A stretch of DNA of 64,000 bases from Takakia lepidozioides (lineage: Eukaryota; Plantae; Bryophyta), in the NCBI GenBank assembly GCA_030704615.1, contig CM060731.1:88846001-88910000 (forward strand). Reading direction: 5' to 3'. Below are positions 37,982 to 49,147 of the stretch, in pieces. The position numbers and the translations under genes were made by a program. The notes under the pieces were generated by a model that was given only the letters and a program-made list of their open reading frames with translations, ran no database searches and was not told where the DNA came from. Each line of letters opens with the position of its first letter. Position 1 is the stretch's first letter.

Positions 37982-39601
37982 AAGGTCACCAAAGGAGACC
38001 CTAGATGGAATGAGGACCTCGTAGCTCTGGGGTATCAGTCCCCTCTACCTCCTCCAATTCCTGCTGTACAAGCAACCCTCGCACAAGTCACACCAAGTGA
38101 CTTCCATGCTACATTACAAAAGATGGACATTGAGGCCTTGGAAAATTCAGGTGATGAAAATCCCGTATTACTACTTGAGACCTTGGCTTTGGAAAATTGG
38201 GTTGCACTTGGCATCATGGCAAATAAGAATGGCAGGTACCTGGAGAAGCTCCAGGAGTTCAATACTAAAATGATTGAGGTACTGGAAGATGATGCCGAGG
38301 AGCTGATACAATGGGAAAAGAAGGGATCAGCCATTGAGGCTGCTCTTAGAATGGCGAACCCGGAAGATGACCAGACTGTCTCCACGCAGAAATCTGCAAA
38401 CACCTCTGAAAAAGACTTCATCCCTTCTGTAAGTAATCACCCAATCCTTGGGCACATGATTTTACCGGATGAAGAAAAAGAGGCAGTGAGAGAATTCTGT
38501 GAACAAGTAGAACTCTCACAAGTGGAACAAGAAAGAGCAGCAGGTGCCACTCCTGGAAATCTGCAATTTGTCCCTTGGTTGCCTCCCCGTGCAGTTGAAT
38601 TAGAGGTTGCCAATAACGATCATATGATGTGGCATCCACATGCTAATATCAACCTATTGGCACCCATTTCCATTGAAATGTGGGTCAAATGGGGCAACAT
38701 AACTCCTGCTGAACGCAGTAGATGTGCACAGGATGCTAAGGAGGGTCTTCAGAGAATAAAAAAGGAACCTATTGCCGTGGCGTGGCCACTAAGGACCTTC
38801 TACTACAAGCTCTGTGACAAAGGTGAGAACCTTACCTTGAGGACCAAAAATGATTTGCCGACTGGCTCAGCCAGATCCAAGAACCATAAGAGTCAACTCT
38901 TCAATTGGCATCGTCCCTACATAAGATGCAACTGTGGACAAGGAGGGGCACCTTCTTCTTGCATTGGGAGTGTTGCTTGGTTTGACCATATGGTTTGGTA
39001 TATGCTGAACAATCTGATTGTGTTCTTCCCTGATGATACCTATCCTTCGGTGCAAACCAAGTATTACAATTTTCTGGTATGGATCATGCGGGCTGCCAGA
39101 TCTGCTGTACTGGCACAAATTACTTTCCAGATGACCCGAGGGTTCATAATGGAAGCAGCCTGTGAATTCTCAAATGACCCACAAGCCAAGCTGCTTGCGA
39201 AGTTAGGAGAATCCAAGGGGGCCAGATACATTGAGAAACTCGTGAAACCTGGGTCTTTTTCAGACAGCCTTCCCAGGCCACAATTCAATAGCTACAAACG
39301 GCAGCGTATGGAGGGGCAGATGCCTCCTCAACAAGGCAAGAACAGCACTGCTCGGGGAAGAGGTACCCCTGGTCGTGGAAGAGGTCTCTACCAAAGAGGA
39401 GGACGCTTTGGCAGGGGACATTACTCTACCAACACCTCTGAGAATTCAAGAGCAACGAATCGGTCCTCAACTGGGGGTTCGGGTGCTAATTCCAGTACCA
39501 CCATCAACATCGCCAGCCAGGAGTCATACAAGACTCGTCGTATCACTGACGAGTTCTCCCCAATACACAAACGAGACTTTGGATCTTGGAACGATCTGTA
39601 A
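37982..39601 (+). CDS. PLE ORF1: unknown protein with a C-terminal RG/RGG-rich basic tail
   Basis: Uninterrupted 492-aa ORF (38123-39601) that stays open upstream to a phase-0 acceptor CAG at 37981. The tail reads ARGRGTPGRGRGLYQRGGRFGRG. Confidence 0.75.
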   Translation, partial: KVTKGDPRWNEDLVALGYQSPLPPPIPAVQATLAQVTPSDFHATLQKMDIEALENSGDENPVLLLETLALENWVALGIMANKNGRYLEKLQEFNTKMIEVLEDDAEELIQWEKKGSAIEAALRMANPEDDQTVSTQKSANTSEKDFIPSVSNHPILGHMILPDEEKEAVREFCEQVELSQVEQERAAGATPGNLQFVPWLPPRAVELEVANNDHMMWHPHANINLLAPISIEMWVKWGNITPAERSRCAQDAKEGLQRIKKEPIAVAWPLRTFYYKLCDKGENLTLRTKNDLPTGSARSKNHKSQLFNWHRPYIRCNCGQGGAPSSCIGSVAWFDHMVWYMLNNLIVFFPDDTYPSVQTKYYNFLVWIMRAARSAVLAQITFQMTRGFIMEAACEFSNDPQAKLLAKLGESKGARYIEKLVKPGSFSDSLPRPQFNSYKRQRMEGQMPPQQGKNSTARGRGTPGRGRGLYQRGGRFGRGHYSTNTSENSRATNRSSTGGSGANSSTTINIASQESYKTRRITDEFSPIHKRDFGSWNDL

Positions 39602-40892
39602 AAATCTCATTTTTTGGTATGTTCCTCTACTCTGTATGTGCAGATGCGTTATATGTCTTTGAGGATGGTTGCAAACAAATTGAAACTCATGCCCATGGCA
39701 GGAAATTCATAAAACAGGCAGCAAAACTTGCTCCTTTGGGATTCATTCATATGTTATACCCAAACCGTGGTATGGAGTGGATACACCCTAAGAACCTGAT
39801 AAAAGAAGCCTTTCTGGAATTTGGGCAAAATGACTTAGCTATTCTCATAGATGAGATAGTTTTGGATGGACATATCATAAACAAAGCAGTTCTGAATACT
39901 ATCAGCCTGCTGTTGTTTTCCGTGATTTTTGCTTTATGCAAGACTTGATTCACTCACCAGATTGTCTATGTGACAGTGCCAAGAGGTTTCATGATTTTCG
40001 GGATGTGGATACAAAATCAGAATTCCATCTGTCTGGTTCTACACCTACGCAACACGTACGTACCATGGACCTGAACATTATTAAACACGCAAAGCTGAAA
40101 GAATTATTCAGCCTAGGTATGAATCACATCCCTCTCAAACGTACTTTACTAAAAGACGTTGTTGAACAAGTGTCTTTGGCTTTCCACAGAACCTGTGAAA
40201 TTTTGCATATAGACCCATGTGAATCTTGGGCTGCAACCTGCAACCAATGGGTAAAAAACACATGCTGGGATAGACTGAAACAAAAAGCCGGCAGAAGAAG
40301 GTATGACTTCACTCACCATGAGCGCAATCCTCTTACTGTAAAAGAGGCAAAAGACGAACTTTCATGGCTTCTCAATCACCTGTATTTCTCTGGTCTTGAC
40401 AAGGCTAACAACAATGTATGTTTTATGTGTGTGAAGCACGTAAGAATCCAAGCATTGCACAGATTGATGGGTAAAGACTTTACACCATGCAAGCAAGATG
40501 AGGTATGGCTGCCACCTGACCTTGTTCTAGGAAACATTTCCGTGGAAATACAGAGTTTGATTCCGGAGATACCTGTTCCCTCCTGTAGACTACCTTACAT
40601 TATGGGAATCTACAAGCTACATAAGAAAAAATACAGATGGATTACCAATGCCCACAAATGTGTTTTCAGTGAACTAGCTAGCCTCCTTACAAGAGCTACC
40701 ATGGATCTTCTACCATTGGTAAAAGAATGGACCAAAACAAGGCTGGATACTTATGAGCAATTTTTCAAAGTATCTACTGCTATGTATTGGATTATTGATT
40801 CCATCACTGACTTTACACTAAACCTGCCTGCAAAAGTCCATAACATCTTTGTGGCTGACATTACACAATGCTATGAGAACATACCTTTGACA
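39586..40892 (+). pseudogene. PLE RT, N-terminal half (CxC linker, DKA domain, RT motifs 1, 2 and A); frameshift near 39940
   Basis: FIHMLYPNRGMEWI, DCLCD, HVRTMDLNII...LKELFSLG, GLDKANNNVCFMC, GIYKLHKKKYRWIT, IFVADITQCYENIPL. Confidence 0.85.
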
Positions 40893-42314
40893 CTGCTGTT
40901 CATGAGACCACACCTGTAAAGGCTGTAACTTGACAATCTTTTTAACGATGCATACCTAGTTTGCACTTCACCAATCCAGGTCCAAACCTTGCTGGGTTTT
41001 GCTCTTAATGTGCACCTCCTCCTGCTTTGGAAGGCCCAGTGCCTCCCTGAGAGAAATATGCCACTTCTTCAACAAGCATCTAAAGTGACAAACTGGCAAC
41101 TCCATTCACGAAGATTAAAGCATCATGTCTACCATTATTCCACACAAGTGTGATCTCTTGTGTGGCACCCTGAACTTGAATGTCAGACACTGCATCTACA
41201 ACCCTGCCTCTTCCACCAGGGTGCATGCCAGGACAAGTTGTACAACCATACAACCAGAAATACACTGACTGCCACAGCTCTTGAGAGAAACTTTCAAAAC
41301 TAAGAAGAAGTCAGTTTCATTGATCTTCAAGCAATCATTACTCACACATTGCAAATCTTAAGAGGAGGGGACAAAAAAGAAACATGCCCTAGTTTGTAAT
41401 AGTCAGTTCTGGAATATTAAGGGAAGTCAGGGCTGATGGGATTTTTCCCTGTTGGAATTATCAAACAAACCACTGGCCTGAATTCATCCTCAGTTGGTAT
41501 CAGATTTTCGAAACAAATTGTGAAGCAGGGACAGAATCGGCAGAGGCCAGCTTGCCTTCCGCCAAGTCCCCATGCTAGGGTCTGAGACCATCCACATAAG
41601 AGCCAGCAGAGCAGCCACTCTCTCCACACGCCAACATCTGTCTCTGTTGCAGCCCTCTGGTTTCTGTCTTCAACTTTTGTAAAGATAAATGTTCTGAAGC
41701 TGAATGAGTTAACATTGGACACCCTCACAATATGTATGGGTGTCTTGCGGAATCTTAAATAGAGGGACATGCTTCTGTCAAGCATCAGAAAGGTTTGATA
41801 TACCTGCTCATGACATGTACAATTGACTAAGCATGGCCAGAACAACAGAAATAATGACCAGATGCAAGGGTGCTTCAAAGTTGGGTGCGCCCTTCATTGC
41901 CCAAATAAAGTTTAGTTTGAACATGCAAGTATTGCAGAGTCTGCACTGCTGATCAAAACCCCACAATGTACCCAAATCCTACATTGATGCGCACAATAAC
42001 GAAAAAAAGGTGAAATTGATATGAAGTGGCGTTCAGTCAAAATTGCCTTTCATTTACGTTATTAGGTTGCAGTTAAAAAATGGCACTCACACCAGTGCCT
42101 CGAAACAGACCTTGCTTTCCTGCTATTTGCATGACTGAGTGGGCCCCAGTCCCCACCATTAAAAGGGTACAAATTGTCTCCAACATGTCATAGTCAAGAT
42201 CATGATTGCAAGACCTCCTCAATACATGCCACGTGTCCACATATCAATATGTTTGTAGTCAGGACAATGACTGCAAGACCTCCTCATTATATGTCACGTG
42301 TCCAGATATTAGCA
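40893..42314. other. ~1.4-kb unclassified insertion splitting the PLE RT just after motif A
   Basis: RT similarity stops at ENIPL(T) and resumes at (L)DNLGDAIEYVV. No clear TIR, TSD or in-frame GT-AG pair was found. Confidence 0.65.
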
Positions 42315-43262
42315 TGGTTGGATAACCTAGGGGACGCCATTGAATACGTGGTGAAGATTGCATTCCAGCAACACCATATGTCTCACCCCCGGGCACGTCA
42401 TACTCTATGGATTCCAGCCAAAAACGGTACTTTCCGGAAAAGTAGGTGGGGCACGTCCTCCCCGAAATCAGGTACTTGGATTGAGCTTTCTGAAGCCAAG
42501 TTACTTATGCTCCACAAATGGCTTATGTCACACTGTTTTGTTGCCTTAGGGGACCGTGTGTGGCAGCAGATTTCTGGAATACCTATGGGTTTTTCATGCT
42601 CACCATTATGGTGCAACATGTACTTCCTTTCTTACGAGATCAAATTCATCTTAAGGCTTGCAGCTTTGGGACAATTCCAGCTTATGCCTTTGTTTAAATC
42701 TGCCTTCAGATACATTGATGATATATGCTGGCTGAATGTGGGTGATGCAATGTTGTTCCTGGACCCAAAGGCAGACAGAAGCAGCAACAACCCTTGGTGG
42801 ATCTACCCACTCAATGTAGTGGAGATCAAACCTGAGCTACTACGTACCAAAACCGATTCCCAATACGTGGGGTTGGAAGCTTGTTTCATGAATATCCAGA
42901 TTACAGTCTCAAACAGTGACACAGGTGAGTTCTATTTCCAGAAATATGACAAGAGAAGACTACTTCCTTTCTCTTACACTCAATATATCCAGTTCTTATC
43001 CAATAGGCCTGTGAATCAATCCTACAACATTGTGATTTCACAAGCTGTGCCTATTCTATACATTTCCAGCAATGCTGTTTTGGCTTGGAAGGAATGCAGC
43101 ATTCTGATTAACACTCTTGGGAGGAATGGTTTTAAGACCAGGAAACTTGCTCGTATCTTGACAAGGTTCCTTGAACAAGGCTCATTCCCTGGCTTGTTCT
43201 TCCCTGTACATGAGCTTATTGAGAAACTGAAAGGTATTTTCCAAAAACCTATCCAAAGCTAA
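42315..43262 (+). pseudogene. PLE RT, C-terminal half (insertion-in-fingers region, motifs B'-E, thumb); no C-terminal endonuclease
   Basis: VWQQISGIPMGFSCSPLWCNMYFLSYE, AFRYIDDI, IYPL, CFMNIQI, YDKRR; stop at 43262. Confidence 0.9.
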
Positions 43263-43442
43263 GTATACCATTGAACTCTATGTTCTTTGCTAGTAATACT
43301 ATACTAGTTTTGCTATGTCACATTTTTATACTAATGTTTCATTCATGAGCCGAGGAAATGAGGATGTAGGATTCTACTCCCTTGGATAATATAATCCGAT
43401 GATAGAACTACATGGAAGAGGGAAACCTTATGAGAAGAGGTC

Positions 43443-43493
43443 TGGTATGCACTCCCTTACGGGGTGAGTGCATACCACACTCATTCCGTAAGG
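43443..43493 (+). other. Structured RNA element (pseudoknot or alternative hairpins) in the PLE 3' UTR
   Basis: A 12-bp perfect stem forms between 43443-43454 and 43466-43477. The loop CCTTACGG is complementary to CCGTAAGG at 43486-43493. Confidence 0.6.
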
Positions 43494-43524
43494 TTATGCC
43501 ATGCCAGGGGATTGGCTGGTGGGT

Positions 43525-45440
43525 CCCTCTCTCTCCCTCTCTCCCTCTCCCTCTATAACTTTTTGGATTTCATTTGGCCCTGATATTTACTATTTGCTTC
43601 TTTCATCTAAACTGGATGAAATACATGAATACTGGTGACCTATTCTAAAAATCCAAGAGGTAGTAATCTGTACCATCATTAATGATGGCAGTTACTAAAC
43701 CTAAGCCTATACCGTAACCCTAAGATACCTTTTTATGGGATATCATCCATTAACAAAGTGCATCTCTTAAAAATGTGATTTTTCATCCACCCTGGATGAA
43801 AAATCGGGAAGATGTGCCCTAAACGGGCCGACATATTTCACAGCACTGAACTCGTGCTTCTATGATCCTTGATGATGCGCCGTGTAAACCTGCTCCCTTG
43901 CGGCTACATGGTACTCGTGATGGCTGGCTTTTGGGATGCGCAATGGCAGATAGACAGATTCTTCTCTGGCAGTCGACATTGCAGTGATCGCTCTGCTCAG
44001 AAATTTATGATTCTGTTAAATTCGCAGCGGCGCTCTTACTCCTCGTTGGGAAGTACTCCACCCCTACTTAGCCACAGATTACATGTTGCTCTCTTTCTGT
44101 ATGAGCTGATCTCTATCTACTTTGATTGCGTTCTGCTGGAGACATCTACTGGACGCCATGGCGCAGGGCATACCGCAAACGCTCAAGGTTTTTTTTTTGA
44201 GTGTACCCTTGCTTGGATTACGATTTGTACATGCTTTGGAATTCAACATTGACATGGATAGCAACTGTGAAAACCTGCCACTCACCTGATGCATCCTCAC
44301 TAACACACATCTCTATGTGGTGGTTTTTGGGACGGGCACATGTGAGGGTCTTCACTTGTCTTGAATTATTGAAGCTTGCAGAGTCTGATTCATGCATAAG
44401 GGATTGCTGCTACCGCCTGAAGCTGCTGATACCAACTGTTGTTTCAAATCTGCCATCTTGCTGCCTCAAATCGGCTTCAAGTCTGCTCAAATGAGGATCA
44501 CCTTCTTACTCCTTATCCCTGTTTTTGGTTCTTGATAACCACTTTTATACATTTTGGAGTTAAGACACACAAGGGACTTCATAGAAAACAAAATCTCTGT
44601 TGAAAGCTCTGGATGTTTTTAACAAAGGTACATGGCTGCGGCTATAGCTCAGGCAGCATGGAAACTAAGCTCTGAAATGAAACACCATGGCCTGGCTCTG
44701 ATGGATCAGAAGATAGACCTTGTGATAACAAACATTCTTCAAGGCTCTTATATCACCACTATTTCATTGCATGATAGGGGACAATGGTTTCTGAGTTCAT
44801 TTCTTTAACTAGCAGAGCTTGTTATGAGGCCCTGGAATACCACTTCAGGCCCATATCTACTTAAGGGTACTCAGCCCTATGTTTTGTTTTGTTAGAAATC
44901 TGGCTTATGACTTGGCACTGAAGCACCTTCAGACCTGACCCCATCAGTATTTTGGTTTTCAAGAACTGCTTGCTGGTAGATGTTGTGCGCTTCCTACCTT
45001 ATACTATGGCAGAGTTTTGATCTTGAAGTCCTGGAATGATTATCCAGGCTTACATATACTTGATAAAAACTTAGCCCCGCTTCTACTTTATGAATCTTGC
45101 ATGTGTCTTGGCACTGACAGATCAGTTTCACGCCTACACAGGATGTTGTTTTAGGAAGATGAATGGCTCAAGAACTAGATTATGTAAGGCTTGACCCGTG
45201 TCAACAACAAAAAATGAATGCTTTATGTCAACTTATGGGGCTTTCAGGATATGAATGACCAGGAATCCCGCCCTCCCCACCCTGTTTTTTCAGATACCCT
45301 GAAAAGTTATAAGATGTTCAAATGAGTTGGTAAAAGGGGTTGTTAGATGATGCCCTGTAAAGGGTTGCTTTGTCTTTCAATGACAATGACTTTAGTGGTC
45401 TTGTCCATGTCTTGACATGACATGTATATCTTCTCTCTCT
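43525..45440 (+). repeat. Right pseudo-LTR (1916 bp)
   Basis: Direct repeat of 35961-37875; it begins and ends in CT tracts. Confidence 0.95.
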
Positions 45441-45789
45441 CTCTCCCTCTTCTATGTCTTGTTGCTGTTTGAGCGAGCTGGGAGCGCGCCCCCGTGACCT
45501 GCTGGTGGAGCGCCAGCCAAACGCCAGCGCCGCGGGAGGGACTGCCAGCGTGAAGGAGCTGCCGCGTGAGGGAGCTGCCCTCCCTCTCCTTCTCTCTCTC
45601 TCATTCTCCCTCTTATCCCTCACTCTCCCTCTCGCCCTTATCTCTCTCCCTCATTCTCTCCCTCGCTCTCTCTCTCCCTCTTCTCCCTTTTTTGTTGTTT
45701 GAGCGAGGGAGTGTGCCCACGCGACCTGGTGGCGGAGCGCCAGCGGAACGCCAGCGTGAAGGAGCTGCTGCGTGAGGCGCCCAACTGCA

Positions 45790-45925
45790 GGTAAGCAGCC
45801 ATGCATTTTTTATCTTCATAGTGAGAGATTTCAGTGAGAGTTTGGGTTGCACAGAGTAGACAGTGGAATCCCCACGGATCTCATAGTATATAGGACAATA
45901 AAAGAAGTGTTCTTTCATTTCAATT
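45790..45925 (-). mobile_element. Short 3' LINE fragment (zinc-knuckle end)
   Basis: [19 protein letters not shown] resembles EIETEEHFFFYCPVYYDIR at about 23330-23380. Confidence 0.6.
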
Positions 45926-46095
45926 TCATGGAGAGGGAGGGAGAGAGAGAAGAGAGGGAAATTCCCCCTCTGTTTTGGGGGACCCCTGCACAAAAGGAAG
46001 ATAGAGAGGGATAACGAGGGAGAGAGAGGGCAGGGACAGACGGGAAGAGGAGGTAGTAGGGAATAGGGGGCCAAGAAAATAATAAATAAGTAGGG

Positions 46096-49000
46096 TGTTG
46101 CGCACCTCCCTTCGGTAAGCTCCCCTTCACGTCATAGTTACTCGCTTTGATGCGCGCGCCTGACTCCCAACCTGGCCGTCGGGCCAACTTGGAGCTTCGG
46201 CTGCTCACCGGGACATAACGGTCCTGGAAAAGGCTGTTCATCAGCGTGCTAAAGGTCGCAGGTGCATTAGTGAGCCCAAAAGGCATCACCAAGAACTCAT
46301 ATGAACCATACCTTGTCCTGCACGCGGTCTTCTCCTCATCTCCTTCCGCCACCCGACTTTTGATGATGCCGGAGCGCAAGTCATCCGGCTGAAATACTTC
46401 GCTCTTGCCAACCGATCGAAGAGGTCGTCGATCCTTGGCAAAGGGTACCGGTTTTATGATGTCACCTTATTCAGAGCCCTGTAATCGACACACATCCGCA
46501 GCGTCCCATCCTTCTTGTCTGCGAATAGCACCGGGGCTCCGTAAGGTGACTTACTCGGCCGGATGTACCCCTTTGACATTAGATCCTTGAGCTGAGTCTT
46601 CAGCTCGACCAACTCCCTATGGCTCAACCGGTAGGGTGCCTTGGCAGGCGGTTCCATTCCCGGTATCACCTCAATCTTGTGGTCAACTCCTCTTCGCGGT
46701 GGCAAGCCGCTTGGTAAATCCTCCGGCATCACATCCTGGTATTTCTCCAAAATCCCCTTGATCCAATCTGGGCTCGGCTCCCCATGGCCTTCTCCCTTCA
46801 CTTCTCTAATGTAAAGCAAAAACTGAGGTTCGTGTGCCTCTTCCACGGCCCACTCCCTTGCTGACAGAAGGTTTATTCGCCCTCCCATGGATTTGGGCGT
46901 TTCCGACACTCGTAAGACCTCGCCACCATTCCCACATGGCAGCGTGACTACTCTCTTGCGGCCATCTATGACCGCTCCGGATTTGCTCAAAAAGGTCATC
47001 CCCAAAATGAGATCTACTCCATCGATCTCGCAGATGGTGAAGTTCTCACGTCCCTCCCAACTCCCCAGTTGAAGAGGAACATCAAACGCCAACCTTGTCG
47101 CCAACTGTGGTTCTCCTTTGGCAGAACGCACCTCAATAGAGGCCCCCACGTCACTTGTCGGGAGTCCCAGCTTTTGTGCCGTTGCCGGTGTCATGAAGGA
47201 GTGCGACGCTCCTGTGTCCACCAACAACGACACATTAGTTCCGGATATTATCCCATCCACGAACAATAACTGACTCCGTTTACGCAATGCGCCAATTTCC
47301 TGATACAACTCACAAGAATATTTGCCTACCTTGCAAGTCCTGGCGACCACCGCTTCCACCAAGCGACTGATGGTATCTTCCGACAGCTCCGTGGTCGCTC
47401 GAGTCATGTTCAATTGTCGGGGTTTTGTGCACTTCTTGGCCATGTGCCCGGGCTCTCCGCAATTGAAACACACTCCATCAAAGGTCGCCTTCTGTCCGCC
47501 ATAAGCCGCTCCACCCGTTTTTCATTTCGAAGCACCGGGTGCCGCCTTGACGTGTGAAGGCCCTCCCTTCAATTTCCACGTGTCATTGTCGCCGCGTGGC
47601 CTATCCCACTTCTTTTCCTGTCGGAAGGAGTCACATTCCCGCAGGGTCTTCTTGTGGTTCAGCTCTGTACGGCCTTGTCTTTCACCCCTAGAGACATCGG
47701 AGAAACATTCGGCCCTCTCAATTGCCTCGTTCAAAGTCTTGGGTGGCTTCTCCTTCAACTTCCGCCTGGCCCATGGGGCCAGTCCCGCCACAACGTTGAA
47801 GACCATTTTGTTCTGCCATGTCCGCGACTTCAAGCAACAGCACATTGAAAGCCTGGACATACCCCCGAATGTCATCTGTTTGCTTCAAATTCCTCATCTT
47901 GGCCCGGGCGAGCCAGGACGCGTTGAGGGGCACAAACTGTCTCTTCATCAATTCCTTGAACCCACTCCAGTTCAAGGTTTCCGGGCTTGGACCTCGGTCG
48001 TGAAGGCGTTTCTGCCACCATTGTTGAGCATAGCCCCTCAAATAGGTGGGAGCCACTACCACCCGATCCTCGTCACTCAACTTGGCTGCCCGGAAGTACT
48101 GCTCTAGCTCCAAGAGCCAGGTGTTGAGTGCCTTCCGATTTTGGACGCCCTCGAAGGTGCCGGGTTCCTTAGGCTTCACCTTAAACTTTGCCTTAGCGGA
48201 AGTGGCATTAGCCGCCTTCAACACGTCTTTCAACGTCCCGCCAAACTGCGCCAACAACCCTTCCCAAAAGGCTGCCGGCATGGGAGGCATCTCTTGGTTT
48301 GTCGGAGCTCTCAAGGATTCCTCGGGCTCCGACTCCTTGGATTCCTCCCGCTCTTGGGCGGCCTCGTTTTCGGAAACATGCATCGCTTCCTCAAACGGCC
48401 GCCTCGGTGACACGCCGCCCCCATCGGGCTCACCGGGATCATCATCTTTTGGGCCGTTCCGCTTTCGCTTCAGCTTGCCCGACCCCATGATGAGGCCAAT
48501 CCCAAGGAGGATCGCGTACTGAACTCTAAGGTCTGATACCAAGTGTCGCGCACCTCCCTTCGGTAAGCTCCCCTTCACGTCATAGTTACTCGCTTTGATG
48601 CGCACGCCTGACTCCCAACCTGGCCGCCGGGCCAACTTGGAGCTTCGGCTGCTCACCGGGACATAACGGTCCCCCTTTGCTTCCCACTAAAGCCTCCACC
48701 TATTTGGGACTAGTGGAATTCCCTTTGGTAGATGGCAGTCCGGAACAGCTCCCCACTCTTTGGTCGCTTTCCGGCTCGCTCGCTTACTCACTAGTTTTTG
48801 GTCACCAACGGGCTTGCACCGTTCTCGGGGTTACTACTCCCTATACATACTTCTGTAGCTGTCCGCGGGGGTTTCATAACCAGCCATGCCATTTTATGGC
48901 AAACCACCACGAAAACCCTCGACTCCCGGTGATGAGTCGCGGTGAGTCTTGGCCCACTCACCACGGCCCCTATGGACCGTGATGAGTCCCAAGACTCCCC

Positions 49001-49147
49001 ACGACTCCCACCACGAGGTCTCCGCTCCCATGGTGAGTCCTATGCCACCCCCACTAAGTCCCGCTAAGCTACCACCACCCCTTGTGGAGCCACCCCCACC
49101 GCAACCCGGTGTGCGGGGCTCCACCTAGTGAGCGCCTCCGCCTCCTC
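46096..49147 (-). mobile_element. Deleted chromovirus family A copy (partial 3' LTR, RT N-terminus, PR, gag, PBS, truncated 5' LTR)
   Basis: LTR piece 46096-46223 is fused to RT. The protease [10 protein letters not shown] and knuckle [14 protein letters not shown] are intact. PBS TGGTATCAGA is at 48532-48541 and the LTR at 48544-49147. Confidence 0.92.

Larger units (their letters stand above)
35961..45440 (+). mobile_element. Penelope-like retroelement (Naiad/Chlamys-type RT) with 1.9-kb pseudo-LTRs
   Basis: The direct repeats lack TG..CA ends, PBS and PPT. The RT has a CxC linker (DCLCD), HVRTMDL, DKANNN, YKLHK..YRWI, ADITQCYENIP, QISGIPMGFSCSP, FRYIDD, YDKR and SNRP..SY....SQ. Confidence 0.88.

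Noticed and set aside
40893-42314. Canonical intron or CACTG element explaining the RT interruption
   Set aside because: The nearest GT/AG pairs do not restore the frame, and no CAGTG terminus lies at the right junction.
43395-43450. Hammerhead-like boxes CCGATGA...GAAAC...GTC in the PLE 3' UTR
   Set aside because: The core is not CUGANGA, and stems I and II do not pair convincingly.
35961-45440. LTR retrotransposon or DIRS interpretation of the 1.9-kb direct repeats
   Set aside because: There are no TG..CA ends, PBS, PPT, RNase H, integrase or tyrosine recombinase, and the RT motifs are PLE-type.
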